From the NCBI GenBank assembly GCA_963678065.2, contig CAXXVZ010000005.1, positions 192,001-256,000 on the forward strand: DNA of 64,000 nt, read 5' to 3'. This DNA comes from Treponemataceae bacterium (GTDB lineage Bacteria; Spirochaetota; Spirochaetia; Treponematales; Rectinemataceae). The translations under genes and the position numbers were made by a program. Numbering within the stretch: the stretch's first letter is position 1; every line of letters starts with the position of its first letter. The notes beneath the pieces were generated by a model that worked only from the letters and a program-made list of their open reading frames with translations, had not been told where the DNA came from and made no database searches. Shown piece by piece: positions 31,293 to 40,750 of this stretch.

Positions 31293-32441
31293 TCAGTCAG
31301 CCATGAGGTAGGCGTGGCCCTCGGCGAGCTTGTCGGGGATCGCGATCTTCTGCGGACATTTGGAGAGGCAGGCGCCGCACTTTTTGCAGGCGTTCCCGCC
31401 CGCATTCTTGTCCGCTGTGTTCAGCTTGTACCAATACCTGACAGTCTCCCGCGATCCGAACATCGATGCGGAGTTGTACCTGCTGAAAACCTCGGGGATC
31501 TCGACGCCGAAGGGACAGGGAGTGCAGTAACCGCAGGCCGTGCAGGGAACCCTCTGCTTTTCGCGGTAGATGGAGCGGGCGCGGTCGATCAGGTCCATTT
31601 CTTTTTTTGTCATGGAATTGGCGCGGGCCGCCTCGACGATGCCGGCGTTTTCCCAGAGCTGGTTATCCGATCCCATGCCGGACAGGACGGTGACCGTCTC
31701 CTGCCGTTCGAGGACGAAGCGCAGGGCCCACTCGACGGGAAGCCGCGGCTTGGGATACTCGGCGAAGACCTCGCGGACCGCGCGAGGGGCGTTGACGAGG
31801 GCGCCGCCGCGCAGAGGCTCCATGACGACGACGCCAATCTCGTGAGCCGCAGCGTACTCGATTCCCTCGGTTCCGGCCTGGTACTCGGTATCCATATAGT
31901 TGTACTGGATCTGGCACATCTCCCAGCCCGAATAGCCGTCGATTATTTTTTTGAACGCATCGAGCGAGTCGTGGAAGGAGAACCCGATGTGGCGGATGCG
32001 CCCCTCCGCCATCGCCTTTTCGAAATGCCGCAGGCCACCCAGTTTCAGGACCTTCTCCCAGCGCTCGGCGCTGAGCGCGTGAAAGAGGTAGAAGTCGATG
32101 TAGTCTGTCTTGAGGCGGGCGAGCTGCTCATCGAGAAACCGGTCCCAATCACCCTCTTCCTTCACGTGCCAGGTGGGGCATTTGGTCGCAATCTTGACAC
32201 GGTCGCGCAGGCCGCGCTTCGCGAGGAAATCGCCGAGGAAGGACTCGCTTTTCCCTCCGTGGTAGACATAGGCTGTGTCGAAGTAGTTGACGCCGGCCTC
32301 GACGGCGGCGAGAAGCATCCTTTCAGCGGCGGGACCGTCGATGTCTGCCGGGTTGTTCCCGATAATGGGCAGGCGCATGCAACCCATGCCGAGAGCGCTG
32401 ATCTCTTCGTCTTCGATCCGGGGAAAGTGTCTGTACTGCAT
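31293..32441 (-). CDS. Aldo/keto reductase with C-terminal Fe-S cluster domain
   Basis: LGMGCMRLP, NYFDTAYVYH, IGFSFHD, MEPLRGG, CTACGYCTPCP and CKKCGACLSKCPQ. Confidence 0.9.
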   Translation of the reverse strand: MQYRHFPRIEDEEISALGMGCMRLPIIGNNPADIDGPAAERMLLAAVEAGVNYFDTAYVYHGGKSESFLGDFLAKRGLRDRVKIATKCPTWHVKEEGDWDRFLDEQLARLKTDYIDFYLFHALSAERWEKVLKLGGLRHFEKAMAEGRIRHIGFSFHDSLDAFKKIIDGYSGWEMCQIQYNYMDTEYQAGTEGIEYAAAHEIGVVVMEPLRGGALVNAPRAVREVFAEYPKPRLPVEWALRFVLERQETVTVLSGMGSDNQLWENAGIVEAARANSMTKKEMDLIDRARSIYREKQRVPCTACGYCTPCPFGVEIPEVFSRYNSASMFGSRETVRYWYKLNTADKNAGGNACKKCGACLSKCPQKIAIPDKLAEGHAYLMAD

Positions 32442-32540
32442 GGCCGGCAGTATACCCATCCAGGGGCCGGCTGGTCGAGGGAGGAGGCGTCTATGGTTTG
32501 ACGCTTCGCGACAGCCCGTTCCGGAACGACGCGACGATGA

Positions 32541-33290
32541 TCAGCGGGTCGCCCTGATGAAGGCCGCCACCCCATCGTGATCGCCTGCCCCACGCGCAGG
32601 ATCGCCGAGGATGGTGTTGCCGAGATCCACGAATGAGGCGACCACATAGCCGGCGGAGACGACCATGCCGCGGACGAAGGCGTCCCGGGCCCTGTTCATG
32701 GATTCATAGGCATGGGGCACTTTCCGGCCGAGCTCGATCCCTTCTCTGCTGAAGGCACCCGCGAAGAGCCAGCCCCCCGGCAGTCTGTGGGGTCCGAATA
32801 TGCGTCCGTGGTCGTTCGGCAGAATGAAGGGTTTGTCCGAAAAGCAATCGCCCGGTCCGCGGGGCAGTTCAGGATACACGAAACCCGCGATGATGCCCCC
32901 GTAACCGGACGAATGGCCGCTGCGCACCTCGAATCCCGCCGCTGTGCAAGCCGCGACGAGACGCGCCTCCGCTTCCCCCTCATTCGTGGCGATCGGGTCA
33001 AGTATCACCACATTGATCGGCTCGAGCACTTCCTTGCCATCCGCGGGCTGGCCGAGCCAGTTCGCCACCTTCCCAGCCGGAGAAATCATCCATTTGCCGA
33101 TCGGAGGCAGGAAACCGGGTGGATCGATTGTTTCGAGTGCCTGCCCGGAGGGGGTGGGAAGCGGGTACTCGGCGGGCGTCGGCCTGGGAGAAGAGGATCG
33201 GGGCAGGAACGCGACGAGAATAACCGCAGAGAGGAGAACTATGGCGGCCGCGATGAGTACAAAATAATGTCGTCCGGGAATTCCCCGCAT
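32541..33290 (-). CDS. Hypothetical membrane-anchored protein
   Basis: N-terminal TM segment, Pro-rich linker, globular domain (EPINVV, NDHGRIFGP). Confidence 0.6.
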   Translation of the reverse strand: MRGIPGRHYFVLIAAAIVLLSAVILVAFLPRSSSPRPTPAEYPLPTPSGQALETIDPPGFLPPIGKWMISPAGKVANWLGQPADGKEVLEPINVVILDPIATNEGEAEARLVAACTAAGFEVRSGHSSGYGGIIAGFVYPELPRGPGDCFSDKPFILPNDHGRIFGPHRLPGGWLFAGAFSREGIELGRKVPHAYESMNRARDAFVRGMVVSAGYVVASFVDLGNTILGDPARGAGDHDGVAAFIRATR

Positions 33291-33408
33291 GACGTCACTG
33301 TATCATGGCCGACCCTGCCTCACAAGCTTTTCCGTTTCCGGATTCTTCGACACCTGAGGAAGGAGTCAGAGCTGTTCGGGCCCGGAGCGGTTGAGAATGA
33401 TTTTTTTC

Positions 33409-33457
33409 TTGACAGTTCACAAAATCGCGCATAGTGTTAACGCTACGTTAACACTAT
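33409..33457 (+). promoter_or_regulatory. Sigma70 promoter overlapped by a 12-bp perfect inverted repeat (operator)
   Basis: TTGACA (33409)-17 bp-TAGTGT (33432). ATAGTGTTAACG-CTA-CGTTAACACTAT at 33431-33457. Confidence 0.75.
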
Positions 33458-33479
33458 CTTAGCATTATGGAGGCAAATC

Positions 33480-34586
33480 ATGAAAAGAGTGACATTACTG
33501 ACGACGCTCGCCGTCCTTGCTGCCCTGACCGTCTCCGCCCAAGCCGGTACGGCGAAGCAGATGACCCGCGCGGAGCTCGCCGCCGCAGCCAAGGCCGAGG
33601 GCAAGGTCGTCGTCTATTCGATAACGTCCCGCATCGCCAACGCCGCGACGGACTTCGAGAAGACCTACGGGATCAAGGTCGAGGCCTCGAACCTGAAAGA
33701 CGGCGAACTCATCGAGAAGGTGACCAAGGAAGTCGGCGGCGGCATCGCCGGGGCCGATTTCGTCATCTGCCAGGACTCCGGACGAGTGTTCGGCCAGCTC
33801 ATCGCCCCCGGATACCTCGTCAACTACATGCCCGAGTCGCTCAAGTCGGTAATACCCGCCAACTATCAGAATCCCCTGACCTTCCAGCTCATCAACAAGG
33901 TCTTCATCTTCAACGACGAGAAGACCCAGGACCCCGTCATCAAGAACGTCTGGGAAGTGACCGAGCCCAAGTGGAAGGGCCGCATACAGTTCAAAGATCC
34001 CAAGTCCGAGGGCGTCAACGCCAACTTCCTCACCATGCTCACTTCGCCCGAGTGGAGCGCCAGGCTCAACAAAGCCTACGAGGAGCTGTACGGAAAAAAA
34101 CTCGTGTTGACGACGAAAAATGCCGGCTACGAGTGGATCAAACGCTTCTTCCAGAACGGTCTCGTGCTCGGCAACAGCGACACCACGATCTCCGAGAACA
34201 TCGGAATCAAGGGTCAGCCTGTCACGACAATGGGCCTCTTCGTCTACTCCAAGACCCGCTTCGACGCGAAGAAGAACCTGACCCTCAAGGCCATGACCGA
34301 GGTCGTCCCCTTCTCCGGCTTCCTGTACCCTGCCTTCCTCCAGCTCACCAAAAACGCGAAGCACCCGAACGCCGCCAAGCTCTTCATCGAGTACCTCATG
34401 ACGAAGGAAGGTTTCGCCCCCTGGTCCAAGGATGTCGGCTCCTACTCGGCCAACCCCACCATCCCCGTCGATCCGGACGACAAGCCGGTCTCGTTCTGGA
34501 GCCCCCGCCTCGTCCACGAGGATCCCCAGTTCCTGTTCGAAAACAGGGCTGATGTCGAAGAATTCGTCAACAACATCTCCCAGTAA
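33480..34586 (+). CDS. ABC transporter substrate-binding protein (AfuA/FbpA-like cluster)
   Basis: Signal peptide. AAAKAEGKVVVYS, LTKNAKHPNAAKLFIEYLMTKEG; RBS GGAGG. Confidence 0.88.
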   Translation: MKRVTLLTTLAVLAALTVSAQAGTAKQMTRAELAAAAKAEGKVVVYSITSRIANAATDFEKTYGIKVEASNLKDGELIEKVTKEVGGGIAGADFVICQDSGRVFGQLIAPGYLVNYMPESLKSVIPANYQNPLTFQLINKVFIFNDEKTQDPVIKNVWEVTEPKWKGRIQFKDPKSEGVNANFLTMLTSPEWSARLNKAYEELYGKKLVLTTKNAGYEWIKRFFQNGLVLGNSDTTISENIGIKGQPVTTMGLFVYSKTRFDAKKNLTLKAMTEVVPFSGFLYPAFLQLTKNAKHPNAAKLFIEYLMTKEGFAPWSKDVGSYSANPTIPVDPDDKPVSFWSPRLVHEDPQFLFENRADVEEFVNNISQ

Positions 34587-34668
34587 ACCGCCGACGCGGT
34601 CGTCACAGGGTCCATCCCCGCGGCGACCGCGCCACCTGCCACACGCGCACCCGAAAAGGATGTACGAC

Positions 34669-36462
34669 ATGACCATCGCCAACCAGGCACGATCCTTCCT
34701 GCGCAAGCCGCACAACATCATACTCCTCGTCCTTGCGCTCGCGCTCTCCTTCCTGACCCTCTTCCCCCTCCTCTCGCTCGTGAAGGACACCTTCGTCGTG
34801 CACCCCTCCGAGCTCATGACGGTCAGAGGCTCGAAGGTCGGAGATGCCACGCTGTTCCACTGGAGGAAGGTTTTCCTGAGCGGATTGACGAGCGCGAACA
34901 TGTTCTACAAACCTCTGTGGAATACAGTGAAAGTGTCGCTCGGGAGCTGCCTGATCTCGATCCTGCTCGGTGGAAGCGTCGCCTGGCTCGTCGCCCGGAG
35001 CGACATGCGCTGGAAGTCCTTCATCTCCGTCGTCTTCATCTTCCCTTACATCATGCCTTCCTGGACGCTGGCCATGGCCTGGCTCAATTTCTTCCGCAAC
35101 AGGCTCATAGGCGGGGCTCCGGGGCTCTTCACCGCCATCACCGGAATCGGGACGGCCAACTGGTTCGCGTACGGGGCCTTCCCGATCACCGTTGTCCAGG
35201 GGCTGCACTACGCGCCCTTCGCCTACATTCTGATCGGTGGCATCCTGCGAAATATGGACGCCAACCTCGAGGAGGCGGCGACCATTCTCAAGGCGAGCCG
35301 CTTCAAAATACTGACGCGCATAACCATGCCGATCATCATGCCGGCGATCCTGTCGACCTTCCTCCTTGTCTTCTCGAGCTGCATGAGTTCCTTCGCGGTT
35401 CCGGCCTTCCTCGGTACGCCCGTACGATTCCAGGTCCTGACGACGCAGCTGTACCGGACCCTCAACGGACTCAATCCCGGATACGGCTACATCATGGCCT
35501 TCGTCATGATCCTCTTCGGTACTTCGATCCTGGCCGTCAACCAGCACTTCGTCGGCAAGCGAAAGTCCTTCACCACCGTGACGGGAAAGAGTTCGAACAT
35601 CGCGCTCGCGAGGCTGCGGGGATTCCGGACGCCGGTATCCGTTCTCATGATCACCTTCGTCGGGGCGATCGCTATCCTGCCCCTCGTCACCTTTGCTGTG
35701 GAATCCTTCATCATGGCGCCCGGAGACTATTCGATCGGAAACCTGACCACGCAATTCTGGGTCGGTCCCGGAAGCGAGGACGTGGGCGGCGGCGAACCCG
35801 GCATCCTCCTCAACAAGTACATCTACTTGGGCCTGTGGAACAGCGTGAAACTCTCCGTCGTCGTCGCGCTCGTGGCGGGAACGGTCGGAAGTCTCGCGGG
35901 TTATGCGATCGTGAAGGCGCGCGGCACGAGGCTCTCGGGATTCGTGAACAACCTCGCCTTCTTCCCCTATCTGATGCCCTCGATGGCATTCGGCGCCATC
36001 TATCTCTCGATGTTCTCCAGGCCGACCCTCTTCCTGCCATCCCTGTACGGCACCTTCGCGCTCCTCGTCATCGTCGGATCGGTCAAATACCTGCCCTTCG
36101 CGTCGCGGGCCGGCGTGAACGCCATGCTCCAGCTCAGCAATGAAATCGAAGAGGCAGGTATCATACTCGGAATCCCTTGGCACAAGCGCATGACGCGCAT
36201 CATCTTTCCCATCCAGAAGGCGAGTTTCCTCTCCGGATACCTTCTGCCCTTCATCTCCTGCATGCGCGAGCTCGCGCTGTTCGTCATCCTCATCGTCCCC
36301 GCCAACAGGATACTCACGTCCATGCTCTTCCAGTACAACGAGAAGGGCTGGAGCCAGTACGCGAACGCCATCAATCTGCTCATCGTCCTGATCGTGCTCA
36401 TCTTCAATACGGTCATCAACAAGGTCACCGGAGCCTCGATCGACAAGGGAATCGGAGGATAA
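34669..36462 (+). CDS. ABC transporter permease, fused double domain (AfuB/FbpB-like)
   Basis: Two EAA loops (DANLEEAA, SNEIEEAG); about 12 TM segments. Confidence 0.9.
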   Translation: MTIANQARSFLRKPHNIILLVLALALSFLTLFPLLSLVKDTFVVHPSELMTVRGSKVGDATLFHWRKVFLSGLTSANMFYKPLWNTVKVSLGSCLISILLGGSVAWLVARSDMRWKSFISVVFIFPYIMPSWTLAMAWLNFFRNRLIGGAPGLFTAITGIGTANWFAYGAFPITVVQGLHYAPFAYILIGGILRNMDANLEEAATILKASRFKILTRITMPIIMPAILSTFLLVFSSCMSSFAVPAFLGTPVRFQVLTTQLYRTLNGLNPGYGYIMAFVMILFGTSILAVNQHFVGKRKSFTTVTGKSSNIALARLRGFRTPVSVLMITFVGAIAILPLVTFAVESFIMAPGDYSIGNLTTQFWVGPGSEDVGGGEPGILLNKYIYLGLWNSVKLSVVVALVAGTVGSLAGYAIVKARGTRLSGFVNNLAFFPYLMPSMAFGAIYLSMFSRPTLFLPSLYGTFALLVIVGSVKYLPFASRAGVNAMLQLSNEIEEAGIILGIPWHKRMTRIIFPIQKASFLSGYLLPFISCMRELALFVILIVPANRILTSMLFQYNEKGWSQYANAINLLIVLIVLIFNTVINKVTGASIDKGIGG

Positions 36463-36463
36463 G

Positions 36464-37582
36464 ATGCCCGAAATACTGCTCAAAAATGTCACCAAGAAAT
36501 TCGGGAAATTCATCGCGGTCGACCGGCTCGATCTCACGATCGCCGACGGCGATTTCGTCACTCTCCTCGGGCCATCGGGCTGCGGCAAGACGACGACGCT
36601 GCGCATGATCGCGGGCCTTGAGAGTCCCACCGAAGGCGAAATCCTCATCGGCGGGAAGACAGTCTTCTCCTCGGAGAGCGGCATCGACGTCCCGCCGGAC
36701 AAGCGCGATGTGGGATTCCTCTTCCAGAACTACGCGCTCTGGCCTCACATGACGGTGGAGCAGAACATCTCCTTCGGACTCGAGAATCTCAAGTGGGAGA
36801 AAAGCCGGATACGGAATCGGGTAACCGAGCTCCTCGCGATGCTCAAGATAGCCGAGTTCGGCGCGCGCTACCCGAGCGAACTTTCCGGCGGCCAACAGCA
36901 GCGCGTGGCGATAGCGCGCACGCTCGCGACAGGGCCCAAGGTACTCTTCATGGACGAGCCTCTCTCCAACCTCGACGCGAAACTGCGCACCGAAATGCGG
37001 ACCGAGCTCAAGCGGCTGCACATGGAGACGGACTCGACCTTCGTCTATGTCACGCACGATCAGCTCGAAGCGATGACTCTGTCCACGAAGACCTGCCTCA
37101 TGAAAGAGGGCCTTCTCCAGCAGTACGCGCCGCCTCTCAATGTCTACCACAATCCCGCCAATATATTCGTGGCGGACTTCGTGGGAAGTCCGACCATCAA
37201 TTTCGTCGAAGGTGCGGGGCGCAATGTGAATCTGGACGAGATCAAGATCGTCGTGAACGGCATGAACCTCATTTTCACGCCTGTCTCCGGCAGCATCACG
37301 CTGCGCGACGATCAGAGAATCGTGCTCGGCATACGGCCGGAATATGTCAGGATCGGCGGAAACGGCAGACTCCCCGCGCGCGTCTACTCGACACTGCCCT
37401 CGGGCATGGAGACAATCGTGAAGGTATCCGTCGGCGGCGAACTTTTGACTTCGGTCATTTTCGGCGCCATCGACTTCGCCGTGGATGAGGAGGTGAGCAT
37501 CGATTTCGTCGGGGACGGCTGCATCGTCTTCGACAAAGAAACCGGCGCGAACCTCGCCATCGGCAGACTCGGCGTCATCTGA
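36464..37582 (+). CDS. ABC transporter ATP-binding subunit with TOBE domain
   Basis: GPSGCGKTT, LSGGQQQR, DEPLSNLDAKLR, VTHDQ, LGIRPE. Confidence 0.93.
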   Translation: MPEILLKNVTKKFGKFIAVDRLDLTIADGDFVTLLGPSGCGKTTTLRMIAGLESPTEGEILIGGKTVFSSESGIDVPPDKRDVGFLFQNYALWPHMTVEQNISFGLENLKWEKSRIRNRVTELLAMLKIAEFGARYPSELSGGQQQRVAIARTLATGPKVLFMDEPLSNLDAKLRTEMRTELKRLHMETDSTFVYVTHDQLEAMTLSTKTCLMKEGLLQQYAPPLNVYHNPANIFVADFVGSPTINFVEGAGRNVNLDEIKIVVNGMNLIFTPVSGSITLRDDQRIVLGIRPEYVRIGGNGRLPARVYSTLPSGMETIVKVSVGGELLTSVIFGAIDFAVDEEVSIDFVGDGCIVFDKETGANLAIGRLGVI

Positions 37583-37595
37583 AGGAGTCGCGACA

Positions 37596-38297
37596 ATGGG
37601 CTTAAGGCGGAAAATACTGGTGGTCGACGACGAGCCACACATCGTCGAACTCCTCGTCATGAACCTCCGGCAGAATGGCTATGATTACTGTACAGCCGGC
37701 GATGGCCCCGGAGCGATCGCGAAGGCGGTCGCCGAAAAGCCGGATCTAGTCCTCCTCGACCTGATGCTACCCGGTATGAGCGGCCTGGAAGTCTGCCGAC
37801 TGCTCAGGCAGGACTCCCGTACGACGCGGGTTCCCGTCATCATGTTGACGGCGAAGAGCGAGGAGAGCGACAAAGTCATCGGCCTCGGGATCGGCGCCGA
37901 CGATTATGTCACCAAACCTTTCGGACTGCGGGAGCTTCTCGCGCGCATCGAGGTGGCGCTCAGGCACAGTTCGACTGCGCAGACCCCGGGAGAAAACACC
38001 CTACTCCGCGCGGCCGACATCGAGATCGACGAGGCCGGCCACGAGGTCAGGCGCGGAGGCGAAAGGATTCCGCTCTCGCCCACGGAGTTCGCTCTTCTCG
38101 CGCTCATGGCGCGAAATGCCGGCAAGGCTCTGAAACGTTCCCGGATCATCCAGGAGCTCGAACTGGCGGGGGCCTCGGAAGAGGCGCGGGCGCTCGACGT
38201 GCATGTGCGGAATCTCAGGAAGAAACTGGGAATGCGCCCCGACGGGGGAGCATACGTGGAGACCGTGCGCGGTGTCGGCTACAAATGCGATGGATAG
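37596..38297 (+). CDS. OmpR/PhoB-family response regulator
   Basis: VVDDE, LLDLMLP, LTAK, ADDYVTKPF, LDVHVRNLRKK, ETVRGVGY. Confidence 0.93.
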   Translation: MGLRRKILVVDDEPHIVELLVMNLRQNGYDYCTAGDGPGAIAKAVAEKPDLVLLDLMLPGMSGLEVCRLLRQDSRTTRVPVIMLTAKSEESDKVIGLGIGADDYVTKPFGLRELLARIEVALRHSSTAQTPGENTLLRAADIEIDEAGHEVRRGGERIPLSPTEFALLALMARNAGKALKRSRIIQELELAGASEEARALDVHVRNLRKKLGMRPDGGAYVETVRGVGYKCDG

Positions 38298-39627
38298 GTT
38301 ATTCGGCATCATCGGGCTGATCAACGCTGCATCCGGCGCGGGTGAAACGACGGTGGATGCAGCCGCGCTCCGGGATCTCCTCACTGCGCTCTCGGTCGAG
38401 TCGGCGCTCGTCGTAGTGTCTATCGTCGCCGCAATCGTGATCATTACACGGATTTCCGGGAGAAGGAGGGCGATCCGCGAGAACCATGAGACTGCGGGCT
38501 TCCGGGGCAATCAGGAAGATACCACAGGCCGCGACAAAATCCGGAAGCAGCTCGACGAGATGATCCTGAAAACGAACGAGCGCAACAATTACATCAATTC
38601 CATCTTCTCCTCGATAGAGGACGGGTTCATGCTCGTCGACGCGAAGAACGATATAGCCTTGTACAATCCCAAGGCTCAATTCCTGCTCGGAATCGGCCCC
38701 GGAGTTTTTTTCGGCTCTCCCTGCAAAGATGGCACGTATACCGGCGCAGTGTCAGCCATCCTGGATGCATGCGGATCGGTCACGCGCACGAGAATCGCGC
38801 GGCAACTGCAGCTCGATTCGTCTTCAGGCGCCATTCTCGATGTTCGTGTCGTGCCCGTCACGAACAAATACCGGAACGCCGAAAACCTCGGATCGCTGGC
38901 CATCGTGAAGGATGTGACGGAAATCAGGAAAATGGAAAACCTGAAAAAGGACTTCGTCGCGACCGTGTCACACGAATTCCGCACGCCCCTGACGCTCATT
39001 TCTGGCTTCATGGAAATGTTCAGAATGCAGAAAGATATCGATCCCGCAGACAGGAAGCGGGCTTTCGAAATTGTAGGGATAGAAACGGAGCGGCTCAAAA
39101 GACTTGTCTCCGAGCTGCTCACGCTTTCGGAAATCGAGAACTCGCTTCCGCGAAACGCCGCGGACAGGATCGGCGTGAAGGAGGCGATCGAAACGATCGC
39201 GGCCTCGCTCGGAACCCTGGCACGGAAGAAGGGGCAGAACTTCTCCGTACACGTCGATCCGGGCGCAGGAACTCTCAGGGGTAACGGAGACTGGTTCCAT
39301 CAGGCTGTCAGGAACCTCGTCGAGAACGCGATTAAATACACTCAGAAGGGCGGTTCCATCGCGCTCGACGCAGGGCGCGACGGAGGAGAACTGGTGATAG
39401 CGGTGTCCGACACGGGAATCGGGATAGCGCAGGATGAACTCGACAGGATTTTCGAGCGCTTCTATCGCGTGGAGAAGTCGCGCGGCTCGGGCTCGGGCGG
39501 AAGCGGATTGGGCCTCGCTCTCGTGAAGGACATCGCGACTATTTTCGGCGGCAGCGTGACTGTCTCAAGCGAAGTCGGCAAGGGTTCCATCTTCACGCTA
39601 CGCTTTCCGGCGGACGCCCCTGATTGA
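38290..39627 (+). CDS. PhoR-like sensor histidine kinase (short N-terminus, PAS, HisKA, HATPase)
   Basis: FVATVSHEFRTPLT, NAIKYT, DTGIGI, FERFYRVEKSR, GSGLGL. No large extracytoplasmic domain. Confidence 0.9.
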   Translation: MDRLFGIIGLINAASGAGETTVDAAALRDLLTALSVESALVVVSIVAAIVIITRISGRRRAIRENHETAGFRGNQEDTTGRDKIRKQLDEMILKTNERNNYINSIFSSIEDGFMLVDAKNDIALYNPKAQFLLGIGPGVFFGSPCKDGTYTGAVSAILDACGSVTRTRIARQLQLDSSSGAILDVRVVPVTNKYRNAENLGSLAIVKDVTEIRKMENLKKDFVATVSHEFRTPLTLISGFMEMFRMQKDIDPADRKRAFEIVGIETERLKRLVSELLTLSEIENSLPRNAADRIGVKEAIETIAASLGTLARKKGQNFSVHVDPGAGTLRGNGDWFHQAVRNLVENAIKYTQKGGSIALDAGRDGGELVIAVSDTGIGIAQDELDRIFERFYRVEKSRGSGSGGSGLGLALVKDIATIFGGSVTVSSEVGKGSIFTLRFPADAPD

Positions 39628-39680
39628 AGGCCGATGCTTACTGCCGGAAATCGATCCGGAGATTATGATACGGAGGAACA

Positions 39681-40586
39681 GTGCACACGGAGAACAGCGA
39701 CGCGAAGGTCGTCGTACTGATAGCGGGATACCGTTTTGCGGGGAAGAGCCTCGTACTGCAGCACCTCGAACAGGCGGGATTCGCCTGTGTGGACAATCTG
39801 CCGCCAGGCATGGTTTTCGGATATCTTTCCCACCGTAGGGCGGGGGATTCGGGAAGAGTCGGGCGAGTGGCTGTAGCCCTCGACATAGCCGACAGCGACG
39901 AAGCGGAATCCATGCAGGGAATCCGCGAGAGGATAGCGGAAACAGGCTGCACGTGCAGGATAGTCTTCATCGAAGCTGGCGAGACCGCGCTTGCCGAACG
40001 CGCTTCGGTCTCGCGGGTTCCGGAATCGGGCGACCGCGGCGATGGCGCGGAGAGCGTGGCTTGTTCGATGCGCGATGCCGAGAGGGCGCGACTCGCGCGA
40101 GTCCGTGCCGCCGCCGACCTCGTCCTCGACAGTTCCTACGCATCGCCCGCAGAAGAGCGGGACAACATAATTGCCCTCGCCGAAGGGAAAAGGCGGCAGG
40201 TCCGCACAGTCGTCGAGGTCTCGTCTTTCGGCTACAAGTTCGGCGCGCCAGCAGGCGACATCGTCGTCGACGTCAGGTTCATTCCGAATCCTTACTATGT
40301 CGCAACGCTGCGCCCTCTCACAGGAAAAGACAAGGACTGCTCGGACTACGTTCTCAGCAATGAAAACGCGAAGTTCGCCCTGGATGCCCTGATACGACTC
40401 GCGAGAGCCATGCAGAGCGCCTATGCGCTCCAGGGCCGCCCGGCGCTCCGGATCAGGATCGGCTGCACGGGCGGGCGACACCGTTCGGTCGCCATGGTCG
40501 AGGCGCTCGGCGCGACCCTCGCCAAGGGCAACATCGATACGCACATCGTCCACCGCGATCTCGCACAGACGGGCCACAGGATCTGA
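39681..40586 (+). CDS. rapZ: RapZ/YvcJ-family protein (RNase adaptor/GlcN6P sensor homologue) with degenerate P-loop
   Basis: GTG start. AGYRFAGKS, CVDNLP, SFGYKFG, DVRFIPNPYY, IGCTGGRHRSV, HRDL. Confidence 0.85.
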   Translation: MHTENSDAKVVVLIAGYRFAGKSLVLQHLEQAGFACVDNLPPGMVFGYLSHRRAGDSGRVGRVAVALDIADSDEAESMQGIRERIAETGCTCRIVFIEAGETALAERASVSRVPESGDRGDGAESVACSMRDAERARLARVRAAADLVLDSSYASPAEERDNIIALAEGKRRQVRTVVEVSSFGYKFGAPAGDIVVDVRFIPNPYYVATLRPLTGKDKDCSDYVLSNENAKFALDALIRLARAMQSAYALQGRPALRIRIGCTGGRHRSVAMVEALGATLAKGNIDTHIVHRDLAQTGHRI

Positions 40587-40750
40587 CGGAACCGGAAACC
40601 ATCACTATGTTTCGGGGCTTTGCACCGTTTCGGGAACTTCAGGCACCCACCCTGCTGGCGATCCGATGTCCGGGCATCCCTAATCCAATGAGTAAGCCTT
40701 TCCTGGACTCACGCCGGGACCGAGGTAAGCGAGGCTAATCCAGCCTGAGG

